Shown in pieces: positions 1 through 9,033 of a DNA stretch of 26,931 nt (its first letter is position 1; every line of letters starts with the position of its first letter). The translations under genes were made by a program, and so were the position numbers. The notes beneath the pieces were generated by a model, which was not told where the DNA came from, searched no databases, and saw nothing but the letters and a program-made list of their open reading frames with translations. The DNA comes from Deltaproteobacteria bacterium TL4 (GTDB lineage Bacteria; SAR324; NAC60-12). The stretch lies in NCBI GenBank assembly GCA_051382335.1, contig JBBCAX010000220.1, positions 1 to 26,931 of the forward strand, in the 5' to 3' direction.

Positions 1-237
1 GATTGGAAACTGCCCAATATTAAGGAATTGCAGTCCATTGTCGATTATTCTCGTTCTAATCCAAGCATTCGTCTCTTGTATTTCCCTAATACTAAGTCGT
101 CGAGCTACTATTTGTCCACGGTCGGCGCGTACAACAGCGACAGCGCGGGGATCGTGGTCTTCGACAAAGGTACCGTGGGCAGCGGCCTCAGTCGGGGCGG
201 TGTCCGCTATGTCCGTTGTGTCCGTCATGGGCAGTGA
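1..237 (+). CDS. DUF1566/Lcl (C-type-lectin-fold) domain protein, 5'-partial; probable DGR target
   Basis: Frame 1 is open from base 1: DWKLPNIKELQSIVDY...FPNT...YYLST...AGIVVFDKG...YVRCVRHGQ*. This matches the DUF1566 pattern WRLPxxxEL...YWSST...AWxVxFxxG...VRCVR. Confidence 0.88.
   Translation, partial: DWKLPNIKELQSIVDYSRSNPSIRLLYFPNTKSSSYYLSTVGAYNSDSAGIVVFDKGTVGSGLSRGGVRYVRCVRHGQ
97..225 (+). other. Putative DGR variable region (VR)
   Basis: 19 of 29 codons at 121-207 end in C versus 6 of 32 at 1-96. NNC/NNT codons occupy the positions where DGR templates carry AAC/AAT. Confidence 0.65.
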
Positions 238-275
238 GTGGGTTATTGGGTTATTTTACTTTTTGATTATTTAAA

Positions 276-1046
276 GGAGTGCCAAAGCTTGCTTTGGCTT
301 TTACCCTTAGGAGTGCGGAAACGCTTGGAGTACCAAAGCTTGCTTTGGCTTTTTGGAGTACCAAAGCTTGCTTTGGCTTTTTGGAGTACCGAAGCTTGCT
401 TTGGCTTTTTGGAGTACCGAAGCTTGCTTTGGCCCGGAAGATGAGAGGTTTGTTTTGTCTTTGGCCAAAGCAAGCTTTGGTACTCCAGGAGCTTCGGCAC
501 TCCAGGAGTTTTGGTACTCCAGGGGCTTCGAGGGGCTTTGGCGGATAGAAAAAAGCCAAAGCAAGCTTCGGCACTCCAGGAGCTTTGGTACTCCAGGGGC
601 TTTGGCTTGAAGGGGTTGGACGGAACGGAAAGGCCAAAGCAAGCTTTGGTACTCCAGGGGCTTTGGCTTGAAGGGGTTGGACGGAACGGAAAGGCCAAAG
701 CAAGCTTTGGTATTCCAGGGGTTTTGGTACTCCAAAAGCCAAAGCAAGCTTTGGTACTCCAGGGGTTTTGGTACTCCAGGAGCTTTTATGGACTTGGGCG
801 GAACAGAAAAGCCAAAGCAAGCTTTGGTACTCCAGGAGCTTTGGTACTCCAGGAGCTTTTATGGACTTGGGCGGAACAGAAAAGCCAAAGCAAGCTTTGG
901 TACTCCAGGAGTTTTGGTACTCCAGGAGTTTTGGTACTCCAGGAGCTTTTATGGACTTGGGCGGAACAGAAAAGCCAAAGCAAGCTTTGGTACTCCAGGA
1001 GTTTTGGTACTCCAGGAGCTTCCATGGGGTTGGGCGGATAGAAAAA
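276..1046. repeat. Composite REP/BIME-like array of GGAG-type palindromes
   Basis: Unit GGAGTRCCRAAGC-TT-GCTTTGGC occurs as 5 forward copies (276-433, four at a 28-bp period) then 8 inverted copies (~463-997). About 9 17-nt half units (AGGRGYTTYGGYACTCC) and mutually similar linkers are interspersed. Confidence 0.9.
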
Positions 1047-1150
1047 AATTAGGGGGACAGGTTGATTGATTTTGTTATTTCCTTATATATCCTGAGCATG
1101 AAGCGATTATTTAGAACAAGTTTCGACAATCTCATGGCTTTTTGATATAA

Positions 1151-1216
1151 TTAAACTTACATATTCCAAGTTTGGTAACTCCACTTGAACTGATGGGAGA
1201 AAATGATGAAAAATGA
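1151..1216 (+). pseudogene. C-terminal remnant of a PIN-domain toxin
   Basis: Reads LNLHIPSLVTPLELMGENDEK*, resembling the ...P.LVTPLEL terminal motif of a PIN subfamily. There is an in-frame stop just upstream, and it overlaps the next ORF start. Confidence 0.55.
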
Positions 1217-1376
1217 TGATCCTGTAATTGATAGTATTCGCATGACACGAAAACGTATTTCAGCAAGTTTTGGTAATAATCCAGAACGATTAGTGGCTCA
1301 ATATATTGAGTTGCAGAAACAATACTCAGATCGGTTAATCATGGATACAATCCAGTTTGAGACTACCAAAACATAG
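1203..1376 (+). CDS. Small (57 aa) putative antitoxin/PIN partner, not in the ORF track
   Basis: MMKNDDPVIDSIRMTRKRISASFGNNPERLVAQYIELQKQYSDRLIM..., with RBS GGGAG upstream. The DPVI..IR..R..IS pattern resembles small PIN-partner proteins. Confidence 0.6.
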   Translation: MMKNDDPVIDSIRMTRKRISASFGNNPERLVAQYIELQKQYSDRLIMDTIQFETTKT

Positions 1377-1407
1377 AGGGTTATTAGCTTAAAAATACGC
1401 AAAAACT

Positions 1408-1531
1408 GTCCAACAAGGCGTTCGAGGGGACGTGGTGGACTGCGCTTTTTCAGTAGGTGTTGATTCATTTTGAGGTGTGTGGCTTTTGCGGAGTTCATTC
1501 CTCCTCCACGCCCCTCAACTCGGCTATATGA
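1408..1531 (+). mobile_element. Degenerate integron attC-like site
   Basis: R'' box GTCCAAC at 1408-1414. Left arm GTTcGAGGGGaCGTGG pairs with right arm CCACGCCCCTCAAC (1506-1519), leaving two extrahelical bases. The R' GTT is missing. Confidence 0.7.
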
Positions 1532-1612
1532 CTGGACGATTTCAGTTGCTTAAGCTGCCATCAAAAATTTGATAACTTGAGAACCTCATAAAGCATTTTA
1601 AGGAGATTTCTT

Positions 1613-2317
1613 GTGAAAAAACATTTATGGATATTTATTGGTTTGCTCTGGAGTTTATCTACATTCCAAGCTCACGCTGACGCGCTTTACAATGGACGTC
1701 CTCAACCCTATGGTGGGGAAGCTCTGGGACTTGGGGGAGCTTATTCCGCTTTATCGGGAGAAAGTTCCGCGATTCTCTACAATCCTGCTATGTTTGTAGA
1801 GGAAGGGGTGAAATCGGTGGAACTCAGTGTCAAAAGTGTCGGAACGCGGGAGCAAAAATATGAAGGAGAGAGTTATGACCATGAGGCTTTAGCCAGTGAC
1901 CCTCAGGTGAAACCCGTTTTTAGCGCCACTTTAGACAGTTACGGGACGTATAGCGGGTCTTTGATTGATAAGTCGGAGGAGTTCGCGGGAAAGGGCCTTA
2001 TCCCTGATGATGAACTGGGACGGACTCAAATTGAAGCTGAAATCAATCAACAAAATATGACTCAGGTTCGGTTCTTGGGATTTACCTACTCTTTTCAGTT
2101 TGGAGAGCACTGGGCTGTTGGGGCAGGGGTGAGTTATTATTCGGTCAATACACAGCAGGGAGGAGATTATCATTTTCGTTACACTTTGGTTTCTCCGGCT
2201 GACTCTGACATCCCAAACGTTTATCAAGGTTCCGCGACCAGAACTTTTCTCAAAACCTCAACAGGCTCTGGAAAAATGGGGACAAATGAGGACAGGTTGA
2301 TAATACTTGGGTTTTAA
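1613..2317 (+). pseudogene. OmpP1/FadL-like outer-membrane protein, C-terminally truncated
   Basis: Signal peptide followed by ALGLGGAYSALSGESSAILYNPA. Only 234 aa, and the last ~15 codons run into a GGACAGGTTGAT element. Confidence 0.6.
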
Positions 2318-2507
2318 CTCCGTTTAATTTAGGATCAGGAATCTCTTGAGAGGGTTTCATCTATGAAACTCTGTGGAAGGAGATCATAAAGGCGCCTTCC
2401 TTGGAGATCAAAGAAGTTTGGAATAAGTTTGATATGGTTTTGATTGAAAGGAGTAGTGTATGGCACGGATACCGAGGTTATTGAATACAGGTGAGGCGAC
2501 GGTTTAA
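2268..2507 (+). mobile_element. 5' stub of a RAYT/Y1 (IS200-like) transposase element
   Basis: RBS AAAGGAG precedes ATG 2460, giving MARIPRLLNTGEATV*. This resembles RAYT N-termini cut just before the YH motif. The upstream GGACAGGTTGAT is shared with ~1055-1066. Confidence 0.5.
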
Positions 2508-2508
2508 A

Positions 2509-2634
2509 ATGATTGAAGGCGACTTACCTCACCGGTCACAAAAGATGATTAAGGAATGGGCAAGTGTATATCAAAGAGAACTTACGGAAATGTGGAAGTC
2601 TCAAGAATTCAGAAATCTTCCAGGATTGGAATAG
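2509..2634 (+). pseudogene. DUF4160 family protein, N-terminally truncated
   Basis: MIEGDLPHRSQKMIKEWASVYQRELTEMWKSQEFRNLPGLE*. The N-terminal HxPPHxH half is absent; it lies directly upstream of DUF2442. Confidence 0.75.
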
Positions 2635-2642
2635 GAGTGAAA

Positions 2643-2921
2643 ATGACACAAACTTATCCAAAAGTAAAAGCCGTAACTCCCCTCGAGGACTTATGTCTTT
2701 TGGTTACGTTCCAAAATGAGATTAAAAAACTTTATGATTGTTCTCCTCTTCTGGATAGTAAGGGTTTCCAGCAACTTTCTAATAGAACACTATTCCAAAG
2801 GGTAAAGACAGACCAAGGGGGCTATGGTGTGAGTTGGAACGATGATCTTGATCTTAGTGAGTCCGAACTATGGATAAACGGGCAGTTGGTCGAACAATCG
2901 ATATTTTGTTACCCAAACTAG
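2643..2921 (+). CDS. DUF2442 domain protein (partner of DUF4160)
   Basis: Start reassigned to ATG 2643 after GGAG. Sequence reads VKAVTPLEDLCLLVTFQN...YD...GGYGVSWNDDLDLSESELW. Confidence 0.85.
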   Translation: MTQTYPKVKAVTPLEDLCLLVTFQNEIKKLYDCSPLLDSKGFQQLSNRTLFQRVKTDQGGYGVSWNDDLDLSESELWINGQLVEQSIFCYPN

Positions 2922-2980
2922 ATGGCGTTGAATGTCATAGACAGTATGACTTCCACGACGATATTCGTTCATAAGTATCC

Positions 2981-3075
2981 TTCACAAACATGAGTAAGCA
3001 GTTTGTGAAGAGCTATGCAAAATGAAGAGCACGGCTGACTTGAACAAAAAAAATACTCAACTCAGCCGTGCTCTT
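2981..3075. repeat. Two tandem hairpins
   Basis: CTTCACAAAC/GTTTGTGAAG (2981-3010) and a 19-bp stem with one mismatch, AAGAGCACGGCTGACTTGA/TCAACTCAGCCGTGCTCTT (3025-3075). Confidence 0.6.
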
Positions 3076-3182
3076 TAGCAAAAGTGTCTGAAGACTAATG
3101 CGCCTGAAAGGTGAAGATTTTAGATACTATGCTCGGAAAAGAAAAAGTGACATTAGAGCAGATTCATGGCAAACAGGTGACG

Positions 3183-3312
3183 TTAGCTTGCTTTTGCCAA
3201 AAATGCGATAGCACTTCTTTGGTTTTGGCCAAAGCAAGTTTTAGCACTGTAGTGAGCTGTTGAATTCATTTCATTTTTGTGGTTTGCTCGCTTCGAATAA
3301 GCAGCACCTTAC
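3183..3312. repeat. Degenerate GGAG-REP inverted pair plus a degenerate GTAG-REP half
   Basis: AGCTTGCTTTTGCC...GGCCAAAGCAAGTTTTAGCACT mirrors the 420-487 junction of the array. GCAGCACCTTAC ends at 3312. Confidence 0.55.
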
Positions 3313-3375
3313 ATCAAGTTTCAAAAGTGAAACATTAACTCGATGAAAGTATAACTTAATTTTAGAGGAACAACG

Positions 3376-3588
3376 ATGCACACCATAGAACAATTTGATT
3401 TGTCGTTATTGCCAGACAAAGCGCAAGAAGAATTATATGATTTTTTTCTGTTTCTTAAACAACGGTATGCCCGTGATCATCATAAATCATCAGAATCAGA
3501 AGAAACAAAGGTATCTGTAGAGGATCTATTTCCCAGGAAACTATCCAATCTGAAACCACTCACTCGGGATGAAATCTATGATCGATAA
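3376..3588 (+). CDS. DUF2281-like antitoxin
   Basis: LPDKAQEELYDFFLFLKQRY and C-terminal LTRDEIYDR; overlaps the PIN gene start. Confidence 0.7.
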   Translation: MHTIEQFDLSLLPDKAQEELYDFFLFLKQRYARDHHKSSESEETKVSVEDLFPRKLSNLKPLTRDEIYDR

Positions 3589-3868
3589 AATTTTTATAGA
3601 TTCAAATATCTGGATTTATGCCGCTATGGCTGACGGTGATGATAAAACGATAGTAGCAAAAAAGCTGACAGAACAACAATCGGTCACCAGCACGCAAGTT
3701 ATCAATGAAATCAGTGTGAATTTGTTACGGAAATATAAGTATACAGAAACGGAACTTATCTTTTTTGTTTCCAACATAGCGGCCTATTGCCAAATTCATC
3801 AACTTACCATTCAAACCTGTCTAAACTTGAAATTATTTTCAGAAAAAGAACGGCAATTCAAGCACTAG
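3578..3868 (+). pseudogene. PIN-domain (VapC-like) toxin, C-terminally truncated
   Basis: MIDKIFIDSNIWIYA...STQVINEISVNL. It lacks the downstream (Y/W)DSLI and SED acidic motifs. Confidence 0.75.
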
Positions 3869-3970
3869 AAGATGAAAATCAAACGCTCCAGTAAAAGCAC
3901 AACGAAGTTTATGACCGCATATTGAGTTGCAGAAACAATACTCAGATCGATTAATCATGGATAATTTAAA

Positions 3971-4885
3971 ATGAATCTTTCTAAGACCCCCTTTGTTTCC
4001 ATCAAGTTGAATCAGCTCCTGGCTCCAGCGGCGTTAGGTTCCGGGTATGCGATTTCAAAAATATTAACCTTACGCTGCTTGGATTCAATCTTTGCTTTAG
4101 AGCAAAACTTTAACATGATTCTTTTAGGAGGATTCGTGTTGGGGTTGGCGATGAGACCGATTGTACAGGGCATATATTGGAGTCCTGCGCTTGGTTTTTG
4201 TATGTGTCTGGGGTGGTTGTCAATCATAGGCCCTTTGGGACAATCCTTGGAGCGAATCACCATGGGAATTTCGTTAGACCAGGAATTCTGGTTTTACATG
4301 ATTCCTGAGCTGACCGCGTCCTTGAGTGTGGCTTTACTCGTGGGCTTGCTTATGCCGCCTTCTTTCAACAGGTTGGGGTTTAGCAAGTGTTGGCAAGCCA
4401 TCAAACCTTGTTTTTCCCCCGCTGGAAGCCTTAAATGGGTGTTGGGTGGTGGCCTTTATGTGCTTTTGTTTTTAGTTTTTTCTGTTGCGTTTAATCCGGG
4501 TTATGTGGGACTCCGTCCGATGGCACGCTTGAATACTTATTTTGACGCAACGGATTACTCTCTCCTTCAACTTTGCTCCCTACTTTGGTTACGTGGTGTT
4601 ATTTGTATTGGCATCATGCTGCCCATGATTCGTGTCCTCAAAGGAAAGCCAACTTTATTTGCGCTAATGTTGGGCGCTGCTTTCTTTGTGATTGCCGAGG
4701 TGACTCCCGCTTTTGGCAATTTACAAAGTATTGCCCCTTATTTACTCATCCAACCCATGATTCCCAAGTTTTTTCTGGATTTTCTCTTTTGTATGAGCAT
4801 TGTTTTCCTCTTCTCGCCCTTATCTTCTCTAAAATACGACACTTTTTTTATCAGAAAATCAATTTCCGCTAAAAAACTAATTTAA
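3971..4885 (+). CDS. Hypothetical multi-pass membrane protein
   Basis: 304-aa ORF with about eight hydrophobic segments; no recognised motif. Confidence 0.7.
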   Translation: MNLSKTPFVSIKLNQLLAPAALGSGYAISKILTLRCLDSIFALEQNFNMILLGGFVLGLAMRPIVQGIYWSPALGFCMCLGWLSIIGPLGQSLERITMGISLDQEFWFYMIPELTASLSVALLVGLLMPPSFNRLGFSKCWQAIKPCFSPAGSLKWVLGGGLYVLLFLVFSVAFNPGYVGLRPMARLNTYFDATDYSLLQLCSLLWLRGVICIGIMLPMIRVLKGKPTLFALMLGAAFFVIAEVTPAFGNLQSIAPYLLIQPMIPKFFLDFLFCMSIVFLFSPLSSLKYDTFFIRKSISAKKLI

Positions 4886-5142
4886 TTTTAAAACTCGTCT
4901 TGAATAGATTGACGAAACAGCATAAGGTGAGTTGTTACATATAAAATAATTTGTACCTTTTCTATGCGATAAAAATATGTTACAAAGCGCGACTTTACAG
5001 TCATCATCTTCAGGATTTGGGTCATTTCGTTTTTTTTTTGTATTTCACAGATGAACGTATCCTGTTCAGGAAATAGCGGTAAGGCCGCTTCTATCAAGCG
5101 TTTTATTTTCTAACCATCGATAAAAAACAGGAGAATCTAATT

Positions 5143-5376
5143 TTGAGTGAAGATAAAATCGAGTTTCAAGGTACCGTTATTGATTCTTCCAATGGGATTT
5201 TCCGAGTGGAATTGGAAAACGGTCATACCGTCATTGGGCACTTATCTGGTAAAATGAAGATGTACAAAATTCGTGTATTGCCTGGAGACAGGGTCACGGT
5301 AGAGTTGTCCCCTTATGATCTAAAGCGGGGAAGAATCATTCAGCGTGAAAAAATAGCAAGTCCACCCGGCAGATAA
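5143..5376 (+). CDS. infA: Translation initiation factor IF-1
   Basis: FRVELENGH...HLSGKMK...[26 protein letters not shown] start with AGGAG RBS. Confidence 0.97.
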   Translation: MSEDKIEFQGTVIDSSNGIFRVELENGHTVIGHLSGKMKMYKIRVLPGDRVTVELSPYDLKRGRIIQREKIASPPGR

Positions 5377-5465
5377 ACGAGATTTGCACTCTTTTTGTTA
5401 AAGATACCTGGATATCAAGGGCAGTTATCGGTTAACGAGTAAGCTTAGGCACTTTAATAACTCAA

Positions 5466-5644
5466 GAGTTTTCAGTTTCCAGCTATCAGTTTTTGGTCAA
5501 CCCTCCTTGAAATCGCACAACTCACCCCTGACAAGTTCATAACGGGATTGACAATAAGTAAGCCGTTGATCCAACTGTTACGTTGTTCCGTGATGAGTGA
5601 AAAGGATTTACGGCCAAGTACTGATGTCTGAAAACTGAAAACTC
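5466..5644. repeat. Inverted-repeat-bounded ~180-bp element (MITE-like or structured RNA)
   Basis: 25-nt terminal inverted repeats with 3 mismatches (5466-5490 and 5620-5644), plus nested internal pairings. Confidence 0.55.
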
Positions 5645-5651
5645 CCAGTAG

Positions 5652-6704
<1,053 letters not shown>

Positions 6705-7004
6705 GTTTTCTTCGTAAGTTTCCCCTCACGCTGGAAAAACGTTGAAATATTCAATGAATTGAGAAGTGAGTTTAGAGGATCTCAAATTCACAAAATAAGA
6801 GGGACGCGAGAGTGAGAAACCGATGACAAGCGTAAAATGAAAAGAAGCTCTGCTTTATCCATCCCAAGGGGTGGTCGCATTATTGCACAACTTTAAGCTA
6901 AAGATAAAACAAAGGATCTCCTGGGTCATTTTTTCCCACAGTGCTTGAATTTCTGGAGCAGAACGATCCATTACACTAACCTTTACTTAGTTTTGAGGTA
7001 AAGC

Positions 7005-7985
7005 ATGAAATATTTAATTACTGGTGGAGCGGGGTTTATCGGAAGTCATCTTGCGGATTCATTGATCAAAAACAATCACTATGTGCATATCGTTGATAAT
7101 CTTTCTACGGGAAACCTCGCCAACATTCAGCATTTAATCGGACATCAGCGATTCCAAAGTACGATTGCGGATGTTCTGGATTATCACACCTTAGAACAAT
7201 TAGTCGCTCAATGTGACCAAATCATTCATCTTGCTGCGGCAGTGGGCGTGAAGCTGATCATGGAAAAACCCGTTGAGACGATTATCACCAATGTTCAAGG
7301 GACAGAAAATGTCTTAAAGCTTGCGGGATATTACAATAAGAAAGTCCTGATTGCGTCAACCTCAGAAGTCTATGGGAAAATGATGGAGTACGAGTCAGAG
7401 GTACAGTCCTTAAATGAGGAACATGATATCATTTTAGGGCCGACAAACCGTAGACGCTGGGCTTATGCCTGTACCAAAGCGCTGGATGAGTTTTTAGCCT
7501 TGGCTTACTATGATGAAAAGCGACTGCCTGTGGTTATCGTTCGTTTCTTTAACACGGTTGGACCTCGACAAACCGGGCAATATGGAATGGTTATTCCCAA
7601 TTTTGTTCAACGGGCGCTATTGGATGAACCCATTTTGGTTTATGGCGATGGCAAACAAACCCGGAGTTTTACTTATGTGGGAGACGCGGTCAAGGCCTTG
7701 CAACTTTTGATGGATACGGAAGCAGCGGAGGGACAAGTTTTTAATGTAGGCAGTGGAGATGAAATTTCGATGTCGGGTTTGGCAGAAAAAATCAAAGAAA
7801 TGACGAAGAGTCATTCTGAAATTGTTTATGTGCCCTATGACCAAATCTATGCTCGTGGATTTGAGGATATGAAACGACGTACTCCAGATTTAACAAAACT
7901 TTTAAAGTATATCAATTATGCGCCGTCAACACCTTTGGAGCATATTCTAACGGAAGTGATTCGATTTTTTAAAAACCAACCTTAA
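7005..7985 (+). CDS. NAD-dependent nucleotide-sugar epimerase/dehydratase (extended SDR)
   Basis: ITGGAGFIGSHL, ASTSEVYG, catalytic YACTK, RFFNTVGPRQ. Confidence 0.93.
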   Translation: MKYLITGGAGFIGSHLADSLIKNNHYVHIVDNLSTGNLANIQHLIGHQRFQSTIADVLDYHTLEQLVAQCDQIIHLAAAVGVKLIMEKPVETIITNVQGTENVLKLAGYYNKKVLIASTSEVYGKMMEYESEVQSLNEEHDIILGPTNRRRWAYACTKALDEFLALAYYDEKRLPVVIVRFFNTVGPRQTGQYGMVIPNFVQRALLDEPILVYGDGKQTRSFTYVGDAVKALQLLMDTEAAEGQVFNVGSGDEISMSGLAEKIKEMTKSHSEIVYVPYDQIYARGFEDMKRRTPDLTKLLKYINYAPSTPLEHILTEVIRFFKNQP

Positions 7986-7992
7986 GCTTGAT

Positions 7993-8058
7993 AAGGGGAG
8001 ATCTCGCTCTATCTTCCCTCGCCCTTTCTTCCCTCGCCCTTTCTTCCCTCGCTCTCGC
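7993..8058. repeat. Hairpin plus 15-nt tandem repeat between convergent genes (possible terminator)
   Basis: GGGGAGAT/ATCTTCCC stem; TCTTCCCTCGCCCTT repeated twice plus a partial copy. Confidence 0.55.
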
Positions 8059-8121
8059 TTTGCATCGGATTTGTCGCAAGTCTAGGCTTTGAGTCCTCGT
8101 GAAAACTTGAATACCTTGAGT

Positions 8122-9033
8122 TCATGCTTGTAAAACTTCGATCTTTCTTGACGTGAAAAATTGTGAAATTTTCTCCAGCTCAGCGTTGCTCATCGAAGCC
8201 AAAGAATTCAAAGAAGGACGCTGTTTTCCCAGGATCTCTACTTTTTCTGTGCCTAAATCGTGGTAGGGGAGAAGTGTGATTTGGTGGATGCTCATTGTTT
8301 GCAATAAATCACAGACTTCTTCCAGATTTTCCTGCCTGTCATTAATCCCAGGAATCACAGGCATACGGACCCAAAGATCCTGATTTTTATTTTTTTCCGC
8401 ATGCAGTCTTTTAAGGTTTTCAAGAATCCGACGGTTAGATTTTCCAGTCAATTCGATGTGTCTCTCCGTATTGACAACTTTGACGTCTATTAAGAAGAGA
8501 TCCACCCATTCAAAAAGGGGAGAAACTTTGGTGTAGGACCAGAATCCAGAGGTTTCAACCGCGACATGGATGCCCGTGCTTTTTACTTGGGGCAAGAATT
8601 TTTTTAAGAATTTCAACTGCGCAAAAGGTTCTCCCCCAGAAAGTGTGATCCCTCCCTCCTCTTGATAATAATCCCGATCACGGAGAATTTCGTGGAGTAG
8701 TTCCTGCGTAAGGTATGTCTTTGCCGCGGGAGATAAGGCTTTTGAAGGGCAGACGCGGGTACATTCCAGACAGGCATCACATTGGGTCCGGTCAATTGAA
8801 ATGTGATGCGAATCCGCGGAGATTGCGGATTGAGGACAGGCCTCAAGACAGTCGAGGCATAGAATGCATGCTTTTGCTTTGAAGGTCAGTTCATTTTTAA
8901 AATCGAGGGCTTCCGGATTGTGACACCATAGACAGTTCAAGGGACATCCCTTGAAAAAAATCGTAGAACGGATGCCTGGACCATCGTGGATCGAAAATCT
9001 TTGAATATCACAAATCAACGCGGAGTCAGTCAT
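8122..9033 (-). CDS. Glycyl-radical enzyme activating protein (radical SAM, ferredoxin insert)
   Basis: IQRFSIHDGPGIR, CPLNCLWCHNPE, two CxxCxxCxxxCP motifs, GGITLSGGEP, VETSG. Confidence 0.95.
   Translation of the reverse strand: MTDSALICDIQRFSIHDGPGIRSTIFFKGCPLNCLWCHNPEALDFKNELTFKAKACILCLDCLEACPQSAISADSHHISIDRTQCDACLECTRVCPSKALSPAAKTYLTQELLHEILRDRDYYQEEGGITLSGGEPFAQLKFLKKFLPQVKSTGIHVAVETSGFWSYTKVSPLFEWVDLFLIDVKVVNTERHIELTGKSNRRILENLKRLHAEKNKNQDLWVRMPVIPGINDRQENLEEVCDLLQTMSIHQITLLPYHDLGTEKVEILGKQRPSLNSLASMSNAELEKISQFFTSRKIEVLQA

Noticed and set aside
276..1046. CRISPR array
   Set aside because: Linkers are similar or identical to one another, spacing is irregular, orientation flips mid-array, and no cas genes are in the window.
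238..1069. Many overlapping ORFs (GVPKLALA / KPKQALVLQ repeats)
   Set aside because: They are translations of the stop-poor repeat array in several frames.
1298..1498. 66-aa minus-strand ORF
   Set aside because: It is antisense read-through of the attC-like site and the small + strand gene.
2556..2642. N-terminal extension of DUF2442
   Set aside because: It overlaps the DUF4160 remnant in another frame; the RBS supports ATG 2643.
4888..5097. 69-aa minus-strand ORF, and the other short ORFs nested in long genes
   Set aside because: No RBS or motif support; they lie in the infA upstream region or are shadows of well-supported CDSs.
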